A DNA stretch of 64,000 nt. Source: Gammaproteobacteria bacterium. GTDB lineage: Bacteria > Pseudomonadota > Gammaproteobacteria > Pseudomonadales > Azotimanducaceae. The position numbers and the translations under genes were made by a program. Shown in pieces: positions 19,177 through 28,847 of the stretch. Position 1 is the stretch's first letter; each line of letters begins with the position of its first letter. The stretch lies in assembly GCA_009841615.1 (NCBI GenBank), contig VXLL01000027.1:1223-65222 (forward strand). The letters run 5' to 3'. The notes beneath the pieces are model-generated. The model saw only the letters and a program-made list of their open reading frames with translations, did no database searches and was not told where the DNA came from.

Positions 19177-20430
19177 ATGTTTAATCAACAAAAACTGAGC
19201 GACCTTGATCCCGAAGTGTGGGAGTCCATCGTCGCTGAAGATCGTCGTCAAGAAGAGCACATAGAACTGATCGCATCAGAGAACTATGTCTCCCCAGCAG
19301 TGCTCGAAGCACAAGGGTGCGGGATGACAAATAAATATGCAGAAGGCTATCCAAGTAAACGGTATTACGGCGGTTGTGACTATGTAGATCAGGTAGAGGT
19401 ATTGGCGATTGAACGAGCGAAAAAGCTCTTTGGAGCCGACTATGTGAATGTACAGCCGCATTCGGGTAGTCAGGCTAATGCATCAGCTTACTTAGCGTTG
19501 ATGGAACCCAATGATGTAGTTTTGGGAATGAGCCTTTCAGAAGGTGGCCATTTAACCCATGGTTCACCCGTAAATTTTTCGGGGCGAATTTATCGCGCAG
19601 TCCAGTACGGCGTACGACCCAACGACGGTCTTGTGGACTACGATGATGTTTTAGCAATCGCAAAAGCACACCAACCTAAACTCGTCGTCGCTGGTTTTTC
19701 CGCGTACAGTCGAAAACTGGACTGGGCTAAGTTTCGGGAGATTGCAGATTCTGTGGGCGCATATCTGTTGGTGGATATGGCTCACGTTGCAGGTTTAGTA
19801 GCCGCTGGCGTTTATCCCAATCCAATCCCACATGCGGACGTTGTAACTACGACGACGCACAAAACACTGGCTGGCCCAAGGGGTGGATTGATCTTGGCTC
19901 GAGCTAACCCAGACATTGAGAAAAAGCTCAATTCTGCTTTGTTTCCGGGAACCCAAGGGGGACCATTGATGCACATCATCGCCGCGAAAGCGGTGTGTTT
20001 TAAGGAAGCCGCGGCACCAGAATTTCGAGACTATCAAATTCGGGTTGTGGAAAATGCACGTACGATGGCTAGAGGATTCGTGAAGCGCGGCTACAAGGTA
20101 GTATCGGGTGGTACCGATAACCATTTGTTCTTATTGGATCTAATCGATAAGGAGATAACCGGAAAAGCAGCCGACGCTGCGTTGAATCGAGCTAACATCA
20201 CGGTCAATAAGAACACTGTACCTGGAGATCCACGCTCACCGTTCGTGACCAGTGGATTACGCATTGGCTCCGCGGCGGCGACTCGTCGTGGTTTTGGGAC
20301 GGAGGAATGTTCTACGTTAACTCAATGGATGTGCGACATTTTAGACGACATTTCCAACGACAACATGGTTGCGTCCGTACGGATAAAAGTACGCGAGTTG
20401 TGCCAAAAGCATCCAGTTTACACGCAGTGA
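19177..20430 (+). CDS. glyA: Serine hydroxymethyltransferase
   Basis: Contains [18 protein letters not shown], the PLP-lysine motif [14 protein letters not shown], and [24 protein letters not shown]. Confidence 0.95.
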   Translation: MFNQQKLSDLDPEVWESIVAEDRRQEEHIELIASENYVSPAVLEAQGCGMTNKYAEGYPSKRYYGGCDYVDQVEVLAIERAKKLFGADYVNVQPHSGSQANASAYLALMEPNDVVLGMSLSEGGHLTHGSPVNFSGRIYRAVQYGVRPNDGLVDYDDVLAIAKAHQPKLVVAGFSAYSRKLDWAKFREIADSVGAYLLVDMAHVAGLVAAGVYPNPIPHADVVTTTTHKTLAGPRGGLILARANPDIEKKLNSALFPGTQGGPLMHIIAAKAVCFKEAAAPEFRDYQIRVVENARTMARGFVKRGYKVVSGGTDNHLFLLDLIDKEITGKAADAALNRANITVNKNTVPGDPRSPFVTSGLRIGSAAATRRGFGTEECSTLTQWMCDILDDISNDNMVASVRIKVRELCQKHPVYTQ

Positions 20431-20483
20431 TTGAGCTGCCTTAACACCATTTACGGTCGAGTTTCGATCCAGGAATTCTGGCA

Positions 20484-21563
20484 ATGCACCGGCCTACAGT
20501 TGACAAACTCTACACCCACGCGGCTATTCGGCTAGCTGCAAACGGGCTCTATAGTGTGACACGAAACAATCCTCGAGTGGGTTGTCTATTAGTCAAAAAT
20601 GGCAAGGTGATCGGACGTGGCGTACATCTACATGACGGCGGTGTACACGCAGAAGTTCAAGCACTTTCTACCGCATCGGAAGATCCCTCAGGAGCTACCG
20701 CGTACGTTAGTTTAGAACCGTGTTGTATTGAGGGGCGAACCCCACCATGCACGGCTGCATTGATCGCTTCCGGAATCCAACGTGTTGTTATTGGAGAACT
20801 CGATCCCAATCCTGAGGTGAACGGTTCTGGTGTCCGCGAACTTAAGGATGCGTCAATATCGGTAACTGTACTTGGGTTAGCCGAAGCTCGATCTTTGAAT
20901 CTCGGTTTCTATAAACGGATGACGCGTGCAAGACCCTATATCCGAGTGAAATCAGGAATGTCACTGGATGGACGCGTGGCTATGGAGAACGGGGAGAGTC
21001 AGTGGATCACTAGCGCGGACGCCCGACAGGATGTCCAACGTCTGCGGGCGCGTAGCGGCGCGATTGTTTCCGGTATAAACACGATTCTTATCGACAATCC
21101 GAAACTGACAGTTCGAGACGCTCGTTTCGGGTCGAGTTCCCCCATGCGAGTGGTCTTAGACACTCGCGGCCAGATCCCGCCTGACGCGGAGTTATTCAAG
21201 CATCCAGGTGAAGTTGTAGTCGTCTGCAATTCGTCTGCGACGCTACCACCGAACTCCATCAAATGGGAACACGATAACGACAAGGCTGATCTCGACCTCT
21301 TACACGAGCGATTGGCCGAAGCGGGAGTGAATGAAGTCTTCGTTGAAGCCGGTCCTACTCTCACCTCTAGTTATTTGCAAACAGGCTTATGGGATGAATT
21401 TGTCTTCTATGTCGCACCTAAGATTCTCGGATCGCGAGCTCGTCCTGTAGCGCAATTACAGATTGATGCTCTATGCGACGCGATCAACGGTAGACTACAG
21501 TCGATAGATAAGATTGGAGGTGACCTTCGTATTGTGATCCTTAACGGTGGGCCCAGTGTCTAA
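20484..21563 (+). CDS. ribD: Bifunctional riboflavin biosynthesis protein RibD (deaminase/reductase)
   Basis: Carries the CMP/dCMP deaminase zinc motifs (HAEVQAL ... SLEPCC...PPC) followed by a RibD_C reductase domain. Confidence 0.9.
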   Translation: MHRPTVDKLYTHAAIRLAANGLYSVTRNNPRVGCLLVKNGKVIGRGVHLHDGGVHAEVQALSTASEDPSGATAYVSLEPCCIEGRTPPCTAALIASGIQRVVIGELDPNPEVNGSGVRELKDASISVTVLGLAEARSLNLGFYKRMTRARPYIRVKSGMSLDGRVAMENGESQWITSADARQDVQRLRARSGAIVSGINTILIDNPKLTVRDARFGSSSPMRVVLDTRGQIPPDAELFKHPGEVVVVCNSSATLPPNSIKWEHDNDKADLDLLHERLAEAGVNEVFVEAGPTLTSSYLQTGLWDEFVFYVAPKILGSRARPVAQLQIDALCDAINGRLQSIDKIGGDLRIVILNGGPSV

Positions 21564-21990
21564 CGCAGAGAAGTTTTCGCCTAAACAACGTCGCCAGAGT
21601 CGTCGTGCTTTGCTGCAAGCCCTCTATCAATGGGATTTAGCCAAAACAGGTGAAGCTGACCTGCACAAATTCATGACAGATGAAGGATCTCTAGCCAAGG
21701 CAGACAAAAAATACTTCACACAGTGTTTGCAGGGAATTTTGCGTTCTATGCAAGATCTTGATCGTACCTACGAACCTTATCTCGACCGGTCATTCGACGA
21801 CATAACACCCGTAGAAAGGGCCTGTCTGCGAGCCGGTAGCTTTGAGTTGCTGGAACGCGAGGATGTTCCGACTACGGTGGTAATCAATGAATGGGTCGAA
21901 CTTGCCAAATTGTTTGGTGCGCAGGATAGTTTTCGCTACATCAATGCCGTGCTTGATGCGGTGGCGCGGAGCGCGCGTGAGACCTCATGA
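21547..21990 (+). CDS. nusB: Transcription antitermination factor NusB
   Basis: RRQSRRALLQALYQW... and ...NEWVELAKLFG...FINAVLD are typical of NusB. The GTG start overlaps the end of ribD. Confidence 0.85.
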   Translation: MGPVSNAEKFSPKQRRQSRRALLQALYQWDLAKTGEADLHKFMTDEGSLAKADKKYFTQCLQGILRSMQDLDRTYEPYLDRSFDDITPVERACLRAGSFELLEREDVPTTVVINEWVELAKLFGAQDSFRYINAVLDAVARSARETS

Positions 21991-22937
21991 ATGAAGTAGA
22001 GTTGATCCAATTGATTCTCGATCGACTTGGAACAGCCGGACGCGACGCACGACTTAAGATCGGACCCGGCGACGACGCTGCTGTGGTTGAATGGGAAGCA
22101 GAGCAAGAAATGGTGGTGAGTACGGACGTATGTCTGGACGGAGTGCACGTGCCGTCCGATTGTCCTGGAGATTTAGTTGGGTATCGAAGCGTTGCGATGA
22201 GCGTGTCAGATGTCGTCGCAATGGGTGCTGTGCCTCAATATTTAACTATTGCTTTAACTATCGAACAAGCTGACGTCGAATGGATAGCTGCGTTCGCGGA
22301 TGGCGTGCGCGACGGTTGTTCCGAAGCCGATACTACCGTGATTGGCGGCAATCTCGCTAAAGGCGTCAAGCAGATTACCGTAACCGCAATCGGGTCAGTA
22401 CCTAGAGGTCAAGCGATACTACGTAATACTGCCCAACCAAAGGATGATATCTGGGTCACAGGTAAGTTGGGGGCAACATCACTTGCATTGCAGGCTAAGA
22501 CCAAATGGAGTCCACGAGGGTTGTCCGAGTTGAAACGACTGACGAGTACAGATGTTATTGCGCGCTACTTGCTCCCACCGATACGAACTCGATTTGTAGA
22601 TTGCGTACGTGAATGTGCTAGTGCGTGTACAGACATCAGTGATGGCTTAGCGTTTGAATTAGAACAGTTAGTTTCTGGTTCTACATATGGGTATAACGTC
22701 GAGACTCATGAAATTCCTCTTTGGCCTGGTGCGGAGCTAGGAGACGTTTTAGCAAACGACGATTGCTATGAAATGTTGTTCACTTCATCGAAAGACAAAC
22801 GAGAGGTTGTGTTAAACTTTGCTCAAAGTTCAGGTATCTCGGTGTCCCGCATCGGTTGCATAGTGTCAACAGATGAGCGTACATTCACCCCGGATCATGA
22901 TGTGATTTCTCGTTCTTCTGGTTATTCTCACTTTTAA
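21987..22937 (+). CDS. thiL: Thiamine-monophosphate kinase
   Basis: AIR-synthase-like fold motifs (IGPGDDAAVV, STDVCLDGVHV, GGNL) are present. It sits in the nusB-thiL-pgpA order, and its ATG overlaps the nusB stop. Confidence 0.85.
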   Translation: MNEVELIQLILDRLGTAGRDARLKIGPGDDAAVVEWEAEQEMVVSTDVCLDGVHVPSDCPGDLVGYRSVAMSVSDVVAMGAVPQYLTIALTIEQADVEWIAAFADGVRDGCSEADTTVIGGNLAKGVKQITVTAIGSVPRGQAILRNTAQPKDDIWVTGKLGATSLALQAKTKWSPRGLSELKRLTSTDVIARYLLPPIRTRFVDCVRECASACTDISDGLAFELEQLVSGSTYGYNVETHEIPLWPGAELGDVLANDDCYEMLFTSSKDKREVVLNFAQSSGISVSRIGCIVSTDERTFTPDHDVISRSSGYSHF

Positions 22938-22949
22938 AAGAGATTTTCC

Positions 22950-23465
22950 GTGCCAGAAAATACGCCCCCAATTGATTCGAACGCGGAGCAGTTAAGAGCG
23001 AACGCGTTTAAAGATCCTCTGGTAGTAATAGCGACTGGTTTCGGAATCGGTTGGATTCCTTTCGCACCGGGAACAGTAGCCTCTTTGGTGATCGCGCTGA
23101 CCTTTTTTTTCTTGGTACCGGTCGTACCAGAGGCGAACGTTATCCAGTGCGCAGTCATTTTTTTGCTATTTATTTGTACTCGACTTACACTAGGCTTCGT
23201 CGTTCGAAAGTACGGTGCAAAAGATGAATCTTGTATTGTTCTCGACGAGTTTCTTGGTATGGCTGTAGCGCTGCTTTGGGTACCTAAAGAGTGGTGGCTA
23301 TACGTGATTGCGTTTCTGATATTTAGAATTTTTGACATCGTAAAACCGTGGCCGATTTCTTGGGTTGAGCAGAGAGCCCCAGGTGCATACGGGATTATTT
23401 TGGACGATGTGATCGCCGGCGCTGGAGCAGCAATAATTACCCAACTTATCTGGATCACACAGTAA
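22950..23465 (+). CDS. pgpA: Phosphatidylglycerophosphatase A
   Basis: ATGFGIGWIPFAPGTVASL, VLDEFLGM, IFRIFDIVKPWPI and ILDDVIAG match PgpA. Confidence 0.85.
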   Translation: MPENTPPIDSNAEQLRANAFKDPLVVIATGFGIGWIPFAPGTVASLVIALTFFFLVPVVPEANVIQCAVIFLLFICTRLTLGFVVRKYGAKDESCIVLDEFLGMAVALLWVPKEWWLYVIAFLIFRIFDIVKPWPISWVEQRAPGAYGIILDDVIAGAGAAIITQLIWITQ

Positions 23466-23480
23466 CGACTAGGAGAGCTT

Positions 23481-23705
23481 ATGTCGAAGAATGAAGAAAA
23501 CACAGCAGTTGACTTTGAAAAAGACATTGCTGAGTTGGAGACGCTAGTCTCGAAAATGGAAAGTGGCGAGTTAACGTTAGAAGAATCATTAAAGGCGTTT
23601 GAAAAGGGCGTCGGACTGGCTCGGCGCTGTCAGCGATCTCTCGCTGATGCAGAGGCGAGAGTGTCAAAATTGATGCAGGAAATGAACTTCGACTCCGAAG
23701 ACTAA
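23481..23705 (+). CDS. xseB: Exodeoxyribonuclease VII small subunit
   Basis: 74 aa. FEKDIAELETLVSKMESGELTLEESLKAFEKGVGLARRCQ matches the XseB pattern. It is followed by ispA as in E. coli. Confidence 0.9.
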   Translation: MSKNEENTAVDFEKDIAELETLVSKMESGELTLEESLKAFEKGVGLARRCQRSLADAEARVSKLMQEMNFDSED

Positions 23706-23723
23706 GAGCTTAGCTCTTCCGAG

Positions 23724-24614
23724 GTGGTAGCTATGCACGATTTAGAACAGATTCGGCATCAGGTCGAATCCGACTTAGAGGCGCGGTTGCAGCTGACTTC
23801 CGTGCATTCATCTGCTTTGATTGAAGCGATGAAGTATTCGGTATGTGGGACTGCGAAACGAGTGCGTGCGGTGCTGGTGTGCGCTACGACTATTGGCTTT
23901 GGCATGGAGATTCATAGAGCACTACCGCCTGCAGCCGCGATCGAGTTGATTCACGCGTATTCACTCGTGCACGATGACTTACCAGACATGGACGACTCCG
24001 ATACTAGGCGTGGAAAACCCAGTTGTCACAAAAATTATGGTAGCACCATCGCGATTCTTGCTGGAGACGCACTTCAAACGTTGGCGTTCTCAACCATACT
24101 GGATGCGGCAGAACTAACCATACAACAGCGAACGGACTGTGCAGCCGTACTAGCAAACGCAAGTGGTTGGCAGTATATGGTGGGTGGTCAAGCCATGGAT
24201 ATGGAACTAATGCATAGTGCTATACACAACCTTGATCAACTGTTCACGATGCACGAGGGTAAAACTGGCGCGCTATTTCGCGCTGCGCTTGAAATGGGTG
24301 CCATAGTTGCGGGATACTCGCGAGAATCAGAGCAATTTGAAACGATGAGTAAAGTCGGCACCAAAATTGGCATCGCATTTCAACTCACGGATGACTTTCT
24401 AGACGCTACTGCCGCAAACGAACAACTCGGTAAACCAGCCGGTGCGGATTCACTCGCAGGGAAGAAGAATGCAGTCGCGTTCTTAGGTAAGGATGAGACT
24501 CGAAATCGAGCCATTCAGTATCTGGAAGAAGCTGTGGAAATCCTCAAGTCCGTAGATGGTGATATGAACTTGGTGCAAAAGCTCGCTGAGGAGTGCGTGC
24601 ATCGTCATCGCTGA
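23724..24614 (+). CDS. ispA: Farnesyl diphosphate synthase
   Basis: First aspartate-rich motif HAYSLVHDDLPDMDDSDTRRGKPSCH and second FQLTDDFLD. The start could be GTG 23724 or ATG 23733. Confidence 0.9.
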   Translation: MVAMHDLEQIRHQVESDLEARLQLTSVHSSALIEAMKYSVCGTAKRVRAVLVCATTIGFGMEIHRALPPAAAIELIHAYSLVHDDLPDMDDSDTRRGKPSCHKNYGSTIAILAGDALQTLAFSTILDAAELTIQQRTDCAAVLANASGWQYMVGGQAMDMELMHSAIHNLDQLFTMHEGKTGALFRAALEMGAIVAGYSRESEQFETMSKVGTKIGIAFQLTDDFLDATAANEQLGKPAGADSLAGKKNAVAFLGKDETRNRAIQYLEEAVEILKSVDGDMNLVQKLAEECVHRHR

Positions 24615-24621
24615 TGCTGAG

Positions 24622-24906
24622 CTAGTTACTTTGCGCGGACCATGTCGGGTCCCAACTTTTTGCGACTAAGTGCCAAGTCGCCGATTCTTCATCGAATCGT
24701 ATCAGCCCAAGTTCGTGCAACGTGTTTAACTCCCCAATGATTTTCCAGATTCCCAAGGGGTCGTTCTGTTCCCGCATGTGTTGGACGAGATCACCCGGAA
24801 GCACTGCTGTAGCTCCTTCATCGCTGACCTCTACAAACGCATCGAAAATAGTCTTGGTGATTCGAAGTGCTTCACCCATGAGTGGTGGCCGTTTGGTACG
24901 TTTCAA
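24622..24906 (-). CDS. Hypothetical 94-aa protein
   Basis: An ORF with no overlapping better candidate. I recognise no motif. It is convergent with ispA and adjacent to ssrA. Confidence 0.4.
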   Translation of the reverse strand: MKRTKRPPLMGEALRITKTIFDAFVEVSDEGATAVLPGDLVQHMREQNDPLGIWKIIGELNTLHELGLIRFDEESATWHLVAKSWDPTWSAQSN

Positions 24907-24967
24907 TCAAATAGCTGGATATAATTTATAAAAAGGTAGAAATCTCTGTTTTTCTACTTACACATTT

Positions 24968-25325
24968 GGGGGCGATCTGGATTCGACGACGGATACAAAG
25001 TCTCAGGTGCATGTCGAGCGTGTAGGATAACTCGTAAAACGATCCTTCAAATCAAACATAGTTGCCAACGACGACAACTACGCTCTAGCAGCTTAAAGCC
25101 GCTAGTTCTGTCTAGCTGCTTGCTCATGGGAAGTTAGACGGAATCATACTACGTGAGCTCGTGTTTTTTGCCGGTCCAAGCAACGAACACTAAATCTCCG
25201 GACTCGCTTACCGTGGCCTCGTCCAGTTGGGCTAACGGCGAGTTAAATTTGAGAACTGGACTAAGCATGTAGATCCAAGGATCGAGTTCTGGCGGACGCG
25301 GGTTCAAATCCCGCCGCCTCCACCA
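24968..25325 (+). ncRNA. ssrA: tmRNA (SsrA)
   Basis: The 5' end is GGGGCGATCTGGATTCGACG. The tag reading frame GCCAACGACGACAACTACGCTCTAGCAGCTTAA (25064-25096) encodes ANDDNYALAA plus stop. The 3' end has a tRNA-like T-arm and acceptor, GGCGGACGCGGGTTCAAATCCCGCCGCCTCCACCA. Confidence 0.95.
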
Positions 25326-28300
25326 TCTTCATAATCGTAGTTCCGTCTAGTGCTGACTGGAACCCAGCGGATGGCGTCTGCATAGAGCCATGGCGTGTCG
25401 TTGGACGCACTAATTACTCGTACGTTCACTTTACCTTTTAGTAGTTCGAATTCACCAACTTCATTCCAGCCATAAATCGAGTTTTCGAAGCTCAAGTCTC
25501 GCATTTCTGTTGCTTCGGAGTGTTCGATTTCTAAGTGGTAGTCTCCTTGTCTACTACTACGTCTGAACCAACCAGTATTTATAAAATACTCCAACTTCCA
25601 CCTAGTAGTTTCCGGCAACTCCGCGGAAAAAGCGACAGGATGGATTTCTGGAGCAAACTGAGTCACTGTGGCCGTACGGCGAAAGTGTCCGAAGGAATTG
25701 TCGTCAGAGATGCGTCCCCACACGCCGCTAGTGGTTCGATAGGCATAGTTGGCGCGCGCTGGTAAGCCGTTGTCATTATCCGCTTGTAGTCTCGGAATGC
25801 GAAACCAACCCAACGGACCAACCGATGACGCACTATTGAACGCAGGTGGTTGATCAACAGCAAAACCAGGATCTAAGTCATCAACGATGATACCAGGGTC
25901 GGGTGGCCGCCAGTCTACTACTTCGAACATTGGACGGGGACTAAGTGTCTCGTCCTTGCTCGCCAACGACAAGGATTCATCAAGACTAGTTCCGAATTCG
26001 TTCCGATTTAACGAAAGATTGGGGTAAAGGTGAATGTAGTCAATTTCGTGTGAGGTCACTATATTAATTCGCACAGAGGACTTGCCTTCAATCACGACGG
26101 TCGGCGTTCGTGGCCATTCTCGCCTCGAGTCTGGTGGGTATGCCGCCCAAAACACGCCGGTAGTTTCACTCGGGTTGTGCACATAGAATGACGACTCATA
26201 CTGCAACTTTCCCTCCTCGTCTTCGGCAAGTTCTCGACGGGTAATGTCGGACACCAAATATCCCGGTAAATTACTGCTACGAAGCCACTCTCCGAAAAAA
26301 GGATGTAAATCCAACTCAGCTGTTTCCGCATGAGCTAGCAAATCTTGCATCGTGAAAGACCGTCCTTGATAAGTACTCCTTAAACTACCGAGCCACGCTA
26401 GGATCGCGTCGTTATCGTTGGTCTGAACAAATACTCGAGCGATCATGCGATTTTTCGCAAGCATCAACTCAAGATCGCTCTGGTGCGAGTCGCTGGTCGG
26501 GAGTTCTAACAGTGACTTAGTCTCCATAGCTTCCCACACGGAGTGTCGATTCAAATATCGTTGTGCTAAACTGCGTACCCAACTGGTCATGTCTCCACCA
26601 CCGCCATCGTCAATCGCCCATTCGAGGGCCGGGAGAAAAATTTGTGTGAAGTCGGATATTTGGTACGTAGCGTAGGGTGAAAACCACAAATCTGGAGCTT
26701 CGGAAAGGCGAGAAATAACGTTCTGAACAAGGTCGTTCAGTACGATCGCATGGTTCCCATCAGCAGAGGTAGAGTGAGTCCAAAAAATCTTTGAGAAGCT
26801 AGCCCACAGATTGTCGGTTCCCACAGCATCTCCAAAGTAATCCGCCAGTGCCCAAAATTTGCGGTACTCCAACCATTCCGCGTTGTCTACCCAACGTTCA
26901 ATTCGTCGGATACGCGTATCAAAATGGGCCGTTGGGAAACCGCGCTCTTTCATGAGAACCATACCAGGCAGCACCTGCACAGATTCGGTTTTAAACCCGC
27001 CGCTTAGCGTCCGAAGTCTGTTTGGGACTTCTACAAACGACAATTCGTTGAAAGGGTATCCTAGTCCTGCTTCCTGGAACGGAATGAATATTTCTTCAAT
27101 CTCTTCTCTTACGTGTTCGTCGTCGAAATTGAATTTACCGAAATTTTTCTGATGGTTTTCATGGAGGTAAAGATTGAACTGAATGTCTGCGATGGTCAGC
27201 GAGTGTTTGACAAAGTTTGTACCAAAAACGGCGATTTCCGATAACGGAATCTCCGGTCGCAATTCGAACGTCCCCTGCTCGTCAGCACTTTGTGTAATGT
27301 CTGTACCCACCAGTAACCAATTTGAATCAGTCACCGAAAACTTGATGTAGGTCTGGAAAAAGTCTATCCCAATAGCCGAGGACCGGGCAAGACTTTGTGA
27401 GTTAGGGACGGGGTACCAATACATCCCCGGCATGAGCGCGACGTACGATGTCGAGAACACGGAACCGTCCTCACCGAATAGCTGTCCAGCCCGATGCGGT
27501 ACTGTACGGTCGACGAGATATTGAACCGGACTATCTAAGTATGCAAACAGTGGATTGGGGATGCCTTCAGCTTCAATAGTCAATTGGTGCTGGTCGTCTG
27601 GTTGTAAGGGTACTCCCGTGGGGACGATCAATAGTCCATTGGAGAATTTGTGCTCAACCTCTTTTCCGTTTAGGGTAACCCGATCAACAGCATAGCCTGG
27701 GTTGAGTGTGAAAGTCAAGCGCGGTATGTTTTGTTCATGTTTTAATCGAAAAACGTACTCAAGATTTAAGGACAGGAGCTGACCTGGGTCAATTGTCACT
27801 GAACCTTGAATCTGCTCGATGTCAAGTTCAACGTTCTGGTCGTATTCAGCATGAAATTTAGACCACTGTTGTGGTTGATAATAAGCCTTCACCACCTGAT
27901 GTGAAAGAAAGCCGAAACCGACGACACTTAGCACGATCATGGTTGCACCGATAGGTAGGTTCACCATACCTACTCGAGCATCGCGTCGATTTAGTACAAA
28001 GGCTGCAATAGTAATGAGCCCGAGGGCTCCAACAACCGTAAGCGCTCGCATCCCAATGACGTCAAGAGAGGCAAAGTCTGGGACCAGTTCAGAGATGTAC
28101 GCGGTGAAATTCGACGACGGTGTAACTACATCAAGCCAAGCGAACGGAACTATCAAACTACCAATGTAAAACGCTACCAAAAGGCTCGAAGCGATTACTA
28201 CGGCAACAAAGGCAGATCGTAGAGTGCAGGTAAGAGTTAGTGCGACAGTGCTCCAAAGGAGAAGTGATGGGAGAGTATCGATGACGAGTAGATTTAAAAC

Positions 28301-28768
28301 TGACACGGGTTCTAGGAAGTCGCCCCAAGCCGAGCCAGAGAAGTGGCTCAGAGCTCCGAATCCCTCGATCAGCGCAATGTTGCATAGAACCACCACGTAG
28401 AGTAGAACAGTTACCCCCATGACACTGCCCAAGAGATACTCAAAGTTTGTAAGTTGCCGACTCTCCAGAACAGAATGGATGCGATTTCTAATGTGGTATT
28501 GCCGAATGTCAAAACTCAACAATACGGCGGCAAACTGAAAAGCAAAGAACACCAACGCATCGACACTACTCAACAGATACTTGGGTTGGGCCAGACTAAA
28601 GGAAGGAGAGTAGGACGCGTTTAGAGTCTGCCACACGCAGGACTGGAGATACCCAATCAACACGACTAAAGTAAGTAGTCCGCTGGTAACCCAGAATCGT
28701 ACTTGAGATCGGCAAATTCGAATTTGCGCGCCCGCGACGGCTAAGGTTCGAGATATCGAGTTAAACAC
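25304..28768 (-). CDS. Large polytopic membrane protein: about 7 N-terminal TM helices (ABC-2-permease-like), then roughly 850 aa that may be a degenerate M1-aminopeptidase-like region
   Basis: 1154-aa ORF with multiple hydrophobic helices in the first roughly 300 aa. The architecture recalls proteins annotated as ABC permease/M1 aminopeptidase fusions. I find no HEXXH anywhere in the translation. The last 7 codons plus the stop overlap the ssrA 3' end. Confidence 0.6.
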   Translation of the reverse strand: MFNSISRTLAVAGAQIRICRSQVRFWVTSGLLTLVVLIGYLQSCVWQTLNASYSPSFSLAQPKYLLSSVDALVFFAFQFAAVLLSFDIRQYHIRNRIHSVLESRQLTNFEYLLGSVMGVTVLLYVVVLCNIALIEGFGALSHFSGSAWGDFLEPVSVLNLLVIDTLPSLLLWSTVALTLTCTLRSAFVAVVIASSLLVAFYIGSLIVPFAWLDVVTPSSNFTAYISELVPDFASLDVIGMRALTVVGALGLITIAAFVLNRRDARVGMVNLPIGATMIVLSVVGFGFLSHQVVKAYYQPQQWSKFHAEYDQNVELDIEQIQGSVTIDPGQLLSLNLEYVFRLKHEQNIPRLTFTLNPGYAVDRVTLNGKEVEHKFSNGLLIVPTGVPLQPDDQHQLTIEAEGIPNPLFAYLDSPVQYLVDRTVPHRAGQLFGEDGSVFSTSYVALMPGMYWYPVPNSQSLARSSAIGIDFFQTYIKFSVTDSNWLLVGTDITQSADEQGTFELRPEIPLSEIAVFGTNFVKHSLTIADIQFNLYLHENHQKNFGKFNFDDEHVREEIEEIFIPFQEAGLGYPFNELSFVEVPNRLRTLSGGFKTESVQVLPGMVLMKERGFPTAHFDTRIRRIERWVDNAEWLEYRKFWALADYFGDAVGTDNLWASFSKIFWTHSTSADGNHAIVLNDLVQNVISRLSEAPDLWFSPYATYQISDFTQIFLPALEWAIDDGGGGDMTSWVRSLAQRYLNRHSVWEAMETKSLLELPTSDSHQSDLELMLAKNRMIARVFVQTNDNDAILAWLGSLRSTYQGRSFTMQDLLAHAETAELDLHPFFGEWLRSSNLPGYLVSDITRRELAEDEEGKLQYESSFYVHNPSETTGVFWAAYPPDSRREWPRTPTVVIEGKSSVRINIVTSHEIDYIHLYPNLSLNRNEFGTSLDESLSLASKDETLSPRPMFEVVDWRPPDPGIIVDDLDPGFAVDQPPAFNSASSVGPLGWFRIPRLQADNDNGLPARANYAYRTTSGVWGRISDDNSFGHFRRTATVTQFAPEIHPVAFSAELPETTRWKLEYFINTGWFRRSSRQGDYHLEIEHSEATEMRDLSFENSIYGWNEVGEFELLKGKVNVRVISASNDTPWLYADAIRWVPVSTRRNYDYEDGGGGGI

Positions 28769-28847
28769 GGTCCGGATGTGATGATTCCAAAGAGATTGAA
28801 TAAATGGTTAGAGCTTAGTTTGGTGGTCTCCGATGGAGGTACGTGCT

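Noticed and set aside
22934-23527. 197-aa ORF antisense to pgpA.
   Set aside because: The plus-strand frame has clear PgpA motifs. The antisense product has no recognisable features and fully overlaps pgpA and part of xseB.
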